In this document: positions 26,402 through 35,089 of the stretch, piece by piece | Numbering within the stretch: position 1 is the stretch's first letter | Layout: the number at the start of each line of letters is the position of its first letter | Origin: an uncultured Alphaproteobacteria bacterium | GTDB lineage: Bacteria > Pseudomonadota > Alphaproteobacteria > RF32 > CAG-239 | DNA length: 64,000 bases | Assembly: GCA_949297145.1 (NCBI GenBank) | Contig: CASFQO010000013.1 | Coordinates: 18,768-82,767, forward strand | Reading direction: 5' to 3' | Translations under genes and position numbers: made by a program | Notes under the pieces: model-generated | What the model was told of the DNA's origin: nothing | Seen by the model: the letters and a program-made list of their open reading frames with translations, nothing else | Databases searched by the model: none

Positions 26402-27334
26402 GTGAAAAATATGTTTAGAAGATGTGTCTGTTTTCTTTTATTTACTTCTGTTTTTAAAGTAGCATCGTGTTGGGCTGTTGATGCTGATTATGTTAGTGTT
26501 ATTCAAAATCTAAATTTTGGAACGTTTATACAAACTTCAGAAAATGCTCAAATTGTTTTAGATTATAATGGGGCTGTCTCTAGTTCTTCTGGTATTACGC
26601 TTCTTAAAAATGGCAATGAAGCAAGACTTGAATATGAAGCGGGACGTTGGTCTGCTGCACATCGAATTTATATGCCTGAAGATTTAAGTTTAACTCTTAA
26701 CGCTAATGGTTGTTCTATATTAATTCATAATTTTTCTTTTTCTGCTTCCTCTCTTTATTTTATCATTGCTGGTGCAACTGATGAGGTTTCTGTTGGCGCG
26801 ACATTAGATATTCAAGGATGGTGTAAAGGTTCTAATGGCAGTTTAGTTGATACGCCTTTTACTGCAACTCAAATTATAGCTCCTACTGCTAATTTGGGTT
26901 ATAATGTTGAAACGGCAAATTTACAAATAAATTTTACCATTGAAGAAAAAATTAGTATTACAAATATACAAGATTTAAATTTTGGCTCCATGATGTCTCC
27001 TTCTAGCAATTCTAGTGTAACAATTTCTCTGGATGGGCAAAGACTTTCTACTGGAGGTATTTATTTAATGGAAAACGCTTCTGTAACAAATGGTCTTTTT
27101 ATTATTGATGGGCAGATTGGAAGAACTGTCTATATTAATTTACCAGATAAGGTTCTTATTTATAATGAATATGGTGATACACTAACAGTTGATAATTTTA
27201 TTTCAAACAAAGGTTCTTCCTTTGTTTTGGATGCAAATTCTGTTGATGCTTATATTGGGGCGACTTTAACTGTTCCTCGTAATGCTGCTGAAGGTAATTA
27301 TTCCGGTACGTATACGGTCACGGTTTCTTATTAG
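26402..27334 (+). CDS. Two-module DUF4402-like secreted protein (candidate tip/adhesin subunit)
   Basis: 310 aa with a signal peptide. Each half carries an LNFG(T/S) motif (VIQNLNFGTFI; ITNIQDLNFGSMM). The C-terminus AEGNYSGTYTVTVSY matches the small subunits. The start is GTG 26402 or ATG 26411. Confidence 0.65.
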   Translation: MKNMFRRCVCFLLFTSVFKVASCWAVDADYVSVIQNLNFGTFIQTSENAQIVLDYNGAVSSSSGITLLKNGNEARLEYEAGRWSAAHRIYMPEDLSLTLNANGCSILIHNFSFSASSLYFIIAGATDEVSVGATLDIQGWCKGSNGSLVDTPFTATQIIAPTANLGYNVETANLQINFTIEEKISITNIQDLNFGSMMSPSSNSSVTISLDGQRLSTGGIYLMENASVTNGLFIIDGQIGRTVYINLPDKVLIYNEYGDTLTVDNFISNKGSSFVLDANSVDAYIGATLTVPRNAAEGNYSGTYTVTVSY

Positions 27335-27353
27335 TCTTTGAAAGGAAGAACTT

Positions 27354-28139
27354 ATGTTAAAAAAAATTTGCAAAATCTATCTCTTGTTTTCTGTTCTTAT
27401 GATGCCGACACTTGCTTTTGCTAATATTTCGGTCTTTCCTTATAGTATTGATTTTGAGGCTAATTCAAAAAAGCGCGTGCAAAGTGTGCGTATTATCAAT
27501 ACTTCTCAGGAAACTCAAACGTATCGTGTTTCTATGGTGAATTTTGTGCAGGATGCTAACGGGAAACTTACTGAAACAAAGGACCCCTCTCCTTTTTATG
27601 CCAATAAATATTTAACTTGGTCGCCACGACAGTTTACTCTGAAACCTAATGAGGTGCAAACTATCAATATTGCCCGCAGAAGTTTGGCGCAAGCTCCGGA
27701 TGGGGAATTTGTTTCTCATCTCAAAATTAGCGAGGTTTTGTTGGGTGCGCCTAAGCTCAAAAGTAAAGATGGCGGGCAATCTAACACCATATCCATGCAG
27801 TTGCGCGCTCTTTTTGCTATCACTATTCCGGTTACCATTACCAAGGGGGATAACCTCTTTAGTAAAACGGAAGTGGTTAGCTATAAATTATTGCCTAACA
27901 ATCAACTCAACCTGGTCTTAAAGCGTTTGGGGAACAAATCTTCCCGCTTTAATGTGGTTGTTGCGGATCAAAAGGATAAAGATATCGGGAGGGTTAACGG
28001 ATTGAAGATTTATATGTCTACGGACACGCTCTCGGTCAATGTACCTCTTGATAAAAATGTTCAAATAAAAAATGCGGTTTTGAAACTTGAAGATGCTAAA
28101 ACGAAGGAAGAAATATTGCGGAAGGCTATATCGCTATAG
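27354..28139 (+). CDS. PapD-like periplasmic pilus chaperone
   Basis: Signal peptide ...PTLAFA, then NISVFPYSIDFEANSKKRVQSVRIINTSQETQTYRVSMVNF and WSPRQFTLKPNEVQTINI, which fit the two-Ig-domain chaperone pattern. 261 aa. Confidence 0.7.
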   Translation: MLKKICKIYLLFSVLMMPTLAFANISVFPYSIDFEANSKKRVQSVRIINTSQETQTYRVSMVNFVQDANGKLTETKDPSPFYANKYLTWSPRQFTLKPNEVQTINIARRSLAQAPDGEFVSHLKISEVLLGAPKLKSKDGGQSNTISMQLRALFAITIPVTITKGDNLFSKTEVVSYKLLPNNQLNLVLKRLGNKSSRFNVVVADQKDKDIGRVNGLKIYMSTDTLSVNVPLDKNVQIKNAVLKLEDAKTKEEILRKAISL

Positions 28140-31086
28140 TTTACTATTTCTTTTGCTTGGCGCCTTCTTTTCTCCGTGGGGCAAAGCCGAAGATTTAACC
28201 GATTATAGTGAAGATCCTCTTATCTTGGAACCTATTATTCAGGGTTTCAATTTAGATGATTATGCCTATGTTTATGAAAAAAACACTAAGCAATATATTT
28301 CTTTGCCGCAAATTGCATCTTATTTGGGAATTAAGTATTCTCTTTCTGATAATGTCATTCGCGGCTATTGGGTCAATACACCGGATAAACCGTTTGTTAT
28401 CAATCTCAATAGCTATACCGTTGAACAAGATGGCGAAGTTACACCTTTTGCTACTAATGAAGTGATTGTGGTTGATAACACTATCTTTTTTGCAGCTGAT
28501 TTCTATATCCGTGTGCTCCATATCAATATTAAGATTGACTCACTTAATATGCAGATGTTGATTACGGCACAAGATGAATTTCCGACTACTCTTAAGCGTA
28601 AAGCGGAGAAAAAAAGAGGCAAAAATAATTTTTCATTCAGAAAAGACAGTTTCAAAAATTATGAATTCGATAACCGTTGGTTTGGCGCTCCGGTGGTTGA
28701 TTTAACCCTCGGAAAAGGCTGGAGCCGCTATGATAGCGTTGATAAGAGTTTTAACAGTGATTCTTATTCTTTGAATGTGGCTATGCTCGCGGCCGGATTG
28801 GATGTTAATGCGTATATTTTTGGAGATTCATATAATGACAGGCAGCCGAGAATCCGCTTAACCGGCAGCAGAACTTTTTTGGATGAACCGGGAAATGCGC
28901 TTAACCTGAAAACATTAAAAGTTGGTGATATCAGCGGGCTTAATTCTTCTTATTTTGCAGATGCATCTTATGGACGAGGTGTTGCGGTCAGCAGCTTTAA
29001 AAACTTAGTTATGTCCGCGAATAAAACAATTGATATTACCGGTCCGCTTTTAGATGGGTGGCAGGTTGAGCTCTATTGGAACGAACAATTGGTTGGATAT
29101 CGTCAAAGCGGTGTGAACGGGCAATATAACTTCCCCGATATTCCGGTTTCGTATGGCTTAAATACGTTTAAACTCGTTTTTTATGGACCTTATGGTGAAA
29201 CACGGACTGAATATGAGCGCTATTATTCCGGTACAAGTCCGGTTAAAAAAGGTGAATTCGGATATACGGCTTCTGCTTATCAACCTTATAGATATCTCTT
29301 TGAAAATAATGAGCCGTTCACTTATAGCGGTGACGATACACCAGTGCTCGATTTTACCGGTTATTATGGTGCCACGGATCATTTGACACTTATGGGCGGT
29401 TTGACGCAAACGCCCGATGCTGAAACGGGAACGGAAACTCAACGTTTTGCTATGGCCGGTGCACAAGTTGCCGTTAAAGGTAGCTCTTTACAATACAACT
29501 TAGAGCAAAATTTGGATACGGATGATTTTGCCCATCACGCAGAATGGCAAGGCGACGTCTATATCGGGTCTATCTATGCCGGATATGATAAATTTAATAA
29601 TATTCACTCGCCGGTTTCTTTTTATGGTGATGAGTATTTAGATGAGCAATTTGAAGCTCGTTTATCCGGTATGTTACCATGGAGAGTGCCGTATTATTTG
29701 AGTTGGCGGCAGGGAACTCTTGAAAGCGATGAAACGTCTTTTAATAATGTTACGGCCAGACTTTCTAAACAGTTGATGAATAGCTTGAATTTGACTTTAG
29801 AAGATAGCTATTACGACTATAACAGCTCTCGCGGTGCTTATAATACCGTACGCTTCGGCGCTTATAAATGGTGGGGAGATTTTTCTTCTGAAACTTGGTT
29901 GACGTATGAAACCTCTCCAGAATCCCGCTTTACGGAATTTTCAACACGTCTTGATTGGCGAACCGGACGAAATACTTATCTTTCCGGAAAATATACTCGC
30001 AACTTAATTGAAGATATGGATTATCTCTCTTTTTCGGGCGGACAAATCTTTCCTTTCGGCGGATTGACGGCCACCCTTGAATTTGATCGAGATTTTAATA
30101 TCAGTTCCTATCTGACTTATAATATCAGCTTTGCTAAGGCGCCGAATTCTATGGATGTGATTACTTCGGCTAACTCAAAACTCAGTAATACCGGTACGAT
30201 GTATGTTCAGGCAACCGATGAGTCCGGTCAACCTTTGGAGGGTATTGGCCTTAACGCTAATGGCTTGGAAAAAGAAATTTATACGGATGAAAATGGTGTA
30301 GCGGTTTTGACCGATTTGCAAACTTATGAAAAAACGGTACTTAACGTTGATACGGAAACGCTATTGGATATTGCATTGCAACCGGTTTATGATGAGAAAA
30401 AGTTAGTTTTAAGACCGGGAACTATCCGAACTGTTTCTATTCCGTTTACGCATCGGGGTGCGGTTGAAGGTAAAATTGAAAACATTGATGATACGCGTAT
30501 GTTTGGATACCAAATTATTGCGCTTGATGCGGACAATAAAGAAATTGCTTCCACTTTTGCTGATATTGAGGGTTTCTTTATCTTGGATGCGGTTCCTTAT
30601 GGAACATATAAAATTGTTATCTCTAAAGATGGAAATCAACTGGCTGAATTGCAAGATGTTAAAGTTGATGATGTTTCTATCTATCTTCCTGATGAGATTA
30701 AACTTGATAAAAAAGCTCTTGATTTCTTTGCTGAAAAAGATAGTGCGGATGAACTTCAATTTGTAGAAGAACAACATGATCTCGGCTATAATAATGTTGA
30801 CTACAGAAACAGAGATTTACCTATAGATATTCCTCAAGCGGTTTCTGAGCCTCAACCGCATATGCCTAAAATTCAAATTGAAGAAATTGAAAAAGATATT
30901 TTTGTGCAGACTGAAGCTCCGGTCTTTCAATCTGTTGCTTCCGTACAATCTTTTGATAGATACACAACCGTGCAAGATATTGAAAAAGGTATTTTCGCGG
31001 TAGCAACTCAGAATAGTTCTGTTTCTTATATTCTGCATGACTTGGAATATAATGTTGCACTTCAAGATGTTTTGGAAAAAGAATAG
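28093..31086 (+). CDS. Large outer-membrane usher-like protein
   Basis: About 998 aa; it overlaps the chaperone gene by about 47 nt. After the signal peptide, the N-terminus LILEPIIQGFNLDDYAYVY...YISLPQIASYLGI resembles an usher N-terminal domain. The middle is long and Tyr/Gly/Asp-rich, as for a beta-barrel. Two CarboxypepD_reg-like beta-sandwich modules follow (MYVQATDESGQPLEG...; GAVEGKIEN...GFFILDAVPYGTYKIVI). Confidence 0.6.
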   Translation: MLKRRKKYCGRLYRYSLLFLLLGAFFSPWGKAEDLTDYSEDPLILEPIIQGFNLDDYAYVYEKNTKQYISLPQIASYLGIKYSLSDNVIRGYWVNTPDKPFVINLNSYTVEQDGEVTPFATNEVIVVDNTIFFAADFYIRVLHINIKIDSLNMQMLITAQDEFPTTLKRKAEKKRGKNNFSFRKDSFKNYEFDNRWFGAPVVDLTLGKGWSRYDSVDKSFNSDSYSLNVAMLAAGLDVNAYIFGDSYNDRQPRIRLTGSRTFLDEPGNALNLKTLKVGDISGLNSSYFADASYGRGVAVSSFKNLVMSANKTIDITGPLLDGWQVELYWNEQLVGYRQSGVNGQYNFPDIPVSYGLNTFKLVFYGPYGETRTEYERYYSGTSPVKKGEFGYTASAYQPYRYLFENNEPFTYSGDDTPVLDFTGYYGATDHLTLMGGLTQTPDAETGTETQRFAMAGAQVAVKGSSLQYNLEQNLDTDDFAHHAEWQGDVYIGSIYAGYDKFNNIHSPVSFYGDEYLDEQFEARLSGMLPWRVPYYLSWRQGTLESDETSFNNVTARLSKQLMNSLNLTLEDSYYDYNSSRGAYNTVRFGAYKWWGDFSSETWLTYETSPESRFTEFSTRLDWRTGRNTYLSGKYTRNLIEDMDYLSFSGGQIFPFGGLTATLEFDRDFNISSYLTYNISFAKAPNSMDVITSANSKLSNTGTMYVQATDESGQPLEGIGLNANGLEKEIYTDENGVAVLTDLQTYEKTVLNVDTETLLDIALQPVYDEKKLVLRPGTIRTVSIPFTHRGAVEGKIENIDDTRMFGYQIIALDADNKEIASTFADIEGFFILDAVPYGTYKIVISKDGNQLAELQDVKVDDVSIYLPDEIKLDKKALDFFAEKDSADELQFVEEQHDLGYNNVDYRNRDLPIDIPQAVSEPQPHMPKIQIEEIEKDIFVQTEAPVFQSVASVQSFDRYTTVQDIEKGIFAVATQNSSVSYILHDLEYNVALQDVLEKE

Positions 31087-31169
31087 CTCTTTCTTTTAAC
31101 TTTTTTTATACATAAAAAAGCAGCCTTTTAATAGACTGCCTTTTTACTTTACCTGTTTTGATAAGTTAT

Positions 31170-31847
31170 TTATTCTGGTAACAGCGGGGTTAAATATTCC
31201 ATATACGGATCATCTTCACCGGATGTCAAGGTTAAACTTCCATCTTTATTTTTTGTTTTAGAATCTATCTGATTATATGCATAACCATCAAAGTCATTCA
31301 AATCAGCCTTTTGAGTACCGTCTAAGTATATATTTTTAATTGTTACCTTGCCTGGGTTAGAATCAAAATCTATACGTACTCTAAAGACCTTATCCGACGG
31401 AATTACAACGCTATATTTATGAGTTCCTGCTTCTCCCGCATATTCTACAACATGACTAGCATCGTACCATACTTCTCTTTTTACCGTATAAAATACTTGA
31501 TAATTCAACGGTTTTTCTGAAGTTGCTTCAAAAGTTAACACAGAATTCTTCGGCTCTACTTCTATGATTTCTTTCGTTATTTCCGGAAGCTTTTGCCCTT
31601 CCTCAGCCTTTTGAGGTGTTTTCTCTTCTTTGGGCTCCGCCTTAACCTTTGCTTCTGCTTTGAGTTCTGCTGTTTTTGCAGCTTTTTCAGGCAATTTCTC
31701 TTCTACTTTTATCGGAGCCGACGTTGTTTTTGCTGGCTCGTTTTTCTCTCCGCTAAATACGGATACAAGTAAAATGACTGCAACGGCAACAATGATGCCT
31801 GCAACAATTTTTTGCTTTTTGGTAATTTTTATTTCTTTATCTTCCAT
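31170..31847 (-). CDS. Membrane-anchored protein with Lys/Glu/Pro-rich linker and beta-rich C-terminal domain
   Basis: 225-aa ORF with a single N-terminal TM (IVAGIIVAVAVILLVSVF). No family recognised. Confidence 0.6.
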   Translation of the reverse strand: MEDKEIKITKKQKIVAGIIVAVAVILLVSVFSGEKNEPAKTTSAPIKVEEKLPEKAAKTAELKAEAKVKAEPKEEKTPQKAEEGQKLPEITKEIIEVEPKNSVLTFEATSEKPLNYQVFYTVKREVWYDASHVVEYAGEAGTHKYSVVIPSDKVFRVRIDFDSNPGKVTIKNIYLDGTQKADLNDFDGYAYNQIDSKTKNKDGSLTLTSGEDDPYMEYLTPLLPE

Positions 31848-31916
31848 AAAATCTCTCCCTTTTCTATTAACTTATGAAAGTTTATGCAATATTTTTTTTA
31901 TTTTCAACTCTTTTAT

Positions 31917-31951
31917 GCAAAACCCTCTCTTTTTGTATCCATTAGAGAGGG
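31917..31951 (-). terminator. Rho-independent terminator after pyrG
   Basis: The minus strand has CCCTCTCT-13 nt-AGAGAGGG followed by TTTTG. Confidence 0.6.
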
Positions 31952-31967
31952 CTTTACTCGACTTTAT

Positions 31968-33611
31968 CTAGACCAGACGGCTTTGTTTAATCGCCGCTTT
32001 AACAAACTCTACAAATAGAGGATGTGGCGCAAATGGTCTTGATTTTAATTCCGGATGGAACTGAACGCCTATAAACCACGGATGATCCGGACGTTCTACA
32101 ATTTCTGGCAACTTTCCGTCCGGTGATGTACCGGAGATTATCATACCACCCTTCTCTAACTCATCTTTGTATTTGATATTAACTTCATAGCGATGGCGGT
32201 GACGTTCAGAAATGTGTTCACACCCATAAACTTCGGCTGCTTTTGAACCTTTCTTTAAGACCGCTTCATAAGCACCTAAACGCATGGTTCCACCCAAATC
32301 TCCATCTTTATGACGAATTTGTTTGGCACCGTCTTTATCCCATTCTGTCATTAAGCCGACAACAGCTTCGCAATTTTCATCCAACTCTGTCGTATTTGCA
32401 TTTTTGACGCCCAAAACATTGCGCATTGTTTCAATAACGGCCATCTGCATACCGAAACAAATACCTAAAAACGGTATTTTGTGCTCACGAGCATATTTTA
32501 CTGCGGCTATTTTTCCGGCTGTTCCACGTAGTCCAAATCCCCCTGGTACCAGTATGCCGCTCACATCGGATAAAATAGAATCGACATCACCTTTCTCTAA
32601 ATCTTCGGCGTCAATCCACTTGATGCGAACTTTGTATTTATTCGCGATACCACCGTGAGTTAAGGCCTCACCTAATGATTTGTATGCCTCTAACAATTTA
32701 ACATACTTACCAACAACGGCTATTTTTACTTCTCCTTCCGGAGCTTTTATTGTTTCTACAATGTTTTCCCAGCGGCTCAAATCGGCTTCAGGACAATGCA
32801 AATTAAAGTGATCGCATACCGCCTTATCCATACCCTCTTTCGAATAAGCCAGCGGTACTTGATAAATATTACTTACATCCAAAGCTTGAATAACATTACT
32901 TTCTTTAATATTGCAGAATAAAGCGATTTTTTTACGCTCATTTTCAGGAATCGGCATTTGTGAACGACAGAGCAGCATATCCGGCTGTATTCCATATTCT
33001 TGTAACTTCTTCACAGAGTGTTGGGTCGGTTTGGTCTTTAACTCTCCGGCGGTCGGAATATAGGGTAATAAGGTCAGATGCAAAAACATTGTCCGCTCGC
33101 GTCCTAAATCATAGGCTAGTTGACGAATCGCTTCCAGATATGGTTGACCTTCAATATCCCCCACGGTTCCGCCGATTTCGCATAAAACAAAATCTTCATC
33201 TTCCAAATCGCTCACAATGAAATTTTTGATTTCATTTGTAACATGCGGAATGACTTGTATGGTTGAACCTAAATAATCGCCGTGGCGTTCTTTATCTATA
33301 ACCCGTTGATAAATTTTGCCGGTCGTGGTGCTGTCGCTCCTTTTGGCTGAAACGCCGGAAAATCTTTCATAGTGTCCTAAATCCAAATCTGCTTCCGTGC
33401 CATCATCGGTTACAAAAACTTCGCCATGTTGAAATGGGCTCATTGTTCCCGGATCCACATTCAAATACGGATCTAATTTTCTTAATCTTACCTTAAACCC
33501 GCGACATTGCAAAATGGAGGCTAAAGAGGCTGAAGCTAAACCTTTTCCCAGTGATGACACTACACCACCCGTGATAAAAATAAATTTTGTTTTTGGATTT
33601 AAACTAGACAT
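31968..33611 (-). CDS. pyrG: CTP synthase
   Basis: 547 aa with [16 protein letters not shown] and the glutaminase domain GICFGMQ...HRHRYE. Confidence 0.97.
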   Translation of the reverse strand: MSSLNPKTKFIFITGGVVSSLGKGLASASLASILQCRGFKVRLRKLDPYLNVDPGTMSPFQHGEVFVTDDGTEADLDLGHYERFSGVSAKRSDSTTTGKIYQRVIDKERHGDYLGSTIQVIPHVTNEIKNFIVSDLEDEDFVLCEIGGTVGDIEGQPYLEAIRQLAYDLGRERTMFLHLTLLPYIPTAGELKTKPTQHSVKKLQEYGIQPDMLLCRSQMPIPENERKKIALFCNIKESNVIQALDVSNIYQVPLAYSKEGMDKAVCDHFNLHCPEADLSRWENIVETIKAPEGEVKIAVVGKYVKLLEAYKSLGEALTHGGIANKYKVRIKWIDAEDLEKGDVDSILSDVSGILVPGGFGLRGTAGKIAAVKYAREHKIPFLGICFGMQMAVIETMRNVLGVKNANTTELDENCEAVVGLMTEWDKDGAKQIRHKDGDLGGTMRLGAYEAVLKKGSKAAEVYGCEHISERHRHRYEVNIKYKDELEKGGMIISGTSPDGKLPEIVERPDHPWFIGVQFHPELKSRPFAPHPLFVEFVKAAIKQSRLV

Positions 33612-33696
33612 TTTTCTTCCTTTATTTCAGTTTTTTGCAGTGAAAAAGGCACCTCCTTGAAAAGGTGCCTCTATTTTGTTTTTTGTAACCATCCTT

Positions 33697-34104
33697 CTAT
33701 TCCGCCGTCGGTACTGTTGGCGCTGCTGCTGTATCTGCCGCAGGCGTGGTCGGCATTGGAGTTGTCGGAGCCGGTGTTTCTGCCGTATTAGCGGCTGCAT
33801 CAGGAACAGTCGGAACCGTCGGCTCTGTTTGAACCAAAGGAGCTACATCCGTAATTGATTCCGGCTTTCTTGTTTCTCCTTTGTAGTACAGAGATAATAA
33901 AATTGATGTGATAAAGAATATTGTAGCCAATATCGCTGTTGTGCGGGTCATTAAGTTGCCTTTACCACGGGCTGACAAAAAGCTGTCTGCTCCGTTGCCA
34001 CCGCCTAAACCGCTCAACGCATTGCCGGAATTTCTTTGCATTAATATTAAAATAACCAGCAACAGGGCTACCATTAAATGAATTACTAACAATACTGATC
34101 CCAT
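33697..34104 (-). CDS. secG: Preprotein translocase subunit SecG with Pro/Thr/Ala-rich C-terminal extension
   Basis: The first roughly 75 aa are typical SecG: two TM segments with a Gly-rich loop (LILMQRNSGNALSGLGGGNG). A PT-rich tail follows. Confidence 0.85.
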   Translation of the reverse strand: MGSVLLVIHLMVALLLVILILMQRNSGNALSGLGGGNGADSFLSARGKGNLMTRTTAILATIFFITSILLSLYYKGETRKPESITDVAPLVQTEPTVPTVPDAAANTAETPAPTTPMPTTPAADTAAAPTVPTAE

Positions 34105-34121
34105 TTTTATTTCCTTGTTAT

Positions 34122-34883
34122 TTATTGTTTACTTGCTTCGCCGATTGCCATGAAATCTGCTACTTTTAAGCTTGCGCCGCCGATTAAACCACCGTCTACA
34201 TCCGGTAATGCTAAAAGCTCTTTAGCATTTGACGGTTTCATGCTGCCGCCATATAAAATACGCATTTTATTAGCATTGGCTCGACCCAGTTTTTTAGCTA
34301 CGACTTTACGAATTGCAGCATGAACTTCTTCAACTTCCGCAGTTGTCGGGGTTCTTCCCGTGCCGATAGCCCATACCGGTTCATACGCGATGACCGTATT
34401 TTGTCCGTTTGAAATTTCCGGAACGGAACCTTCTATTTGTGCGCTGCAAACGGCAATTGTTTTGCCTGCATCTTTTTCTGCTTCTGTTTCACCAATGCAG
34501 ATGATAACTTTCAGGCCGGCATTGATGGCTGCTTCTGCTTTTTTCTTAATCAATTCATTTGATTCATAGTGATTGGTGCGGCGTTCTGAGTGTCCAACAA
34601 TAACATATTGGCACCCTAAATCTTTCAACATAACAGGACTGATATCACCTGTGTGTGCGCCTTTTTCAGCATAATGGCAATCTTGTGCCCCAAGCATAAC
34701 TTTTGAACCTTTAATTGCTTTTTTTGCCGAACTTAACAATGTAAACGGCGGACATATCAAAAATTCACAATCTTTTCTACCCGCTTTTTTTACTTCTTGC
34801 GCTACACCTTTGGCAAGTGCAACGCCATCTTCTAAAAGACCATTCATTTTCCAGTTGCCGGCAATTAAAGTTTTCCTTACCAT
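34122..34883 (-). CDS. tpiA: Triosephosphate isomerase
   Basis: IAGNWKMN, VGHSERR, AYEPVWAIGTG and GGASLK motifs. Confidence 0.97.
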   Translation of the reverse strand: MVRKTLIAGNWKMNGLLEDGVALAKGVAQEVKKAGRKDCEFLICPPFTLLSSAKKAIKGSKVMLGAQDCHYAEKGAHTGDISPVMLKDLGCQYVIVGHSERRTNHYESNELIKKKAEAAINAGLKVIICIGETEAEKDAGKTIAVCSAQIEGSVPEISNGQNTVIAYEPVWAIGTGRTPTTAEVEEVHAAIRKVVAKKLGRANANKMRILYGGSMKPSNAKELLALPDVDGGLIGGASLKVADFMAIGEASKQ

Positions 34884-35089
34884 CTTAATTATCCTTATAT
34901 TAAAATATCAAATTGAATTTAACTTTTCTTCTTTTAGCACACCTTTTTTTATTTTCCACATAAAAAAAAAGTTGTTTACAGAAAAATCATCAGTCTCGAA
35001 AAATATAAAAAAGTATGAACATATTTATATTTCAGATTGCATAAATTTTTTTGACCTTTATAATAAGCCGCAATCACACTATTTTTGGG

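Noticed and set aside
28087-28092. TTG 28087 as the usher start
   Set aside because: ATG 28093 two codons later is equally compatible, and both precede the signal peptide. I kept ATG, but the choice is arbitrary.
33676-33858. Cys/Arg-rich 60-aa ORF on the plus strand
   Set aside because: It is an antisense shadow of the Pro/Thr/Ala-rich tail of secG. It has no RBS, and its composition is an artefact of GC-rich repetitive codons on the opposite strand.
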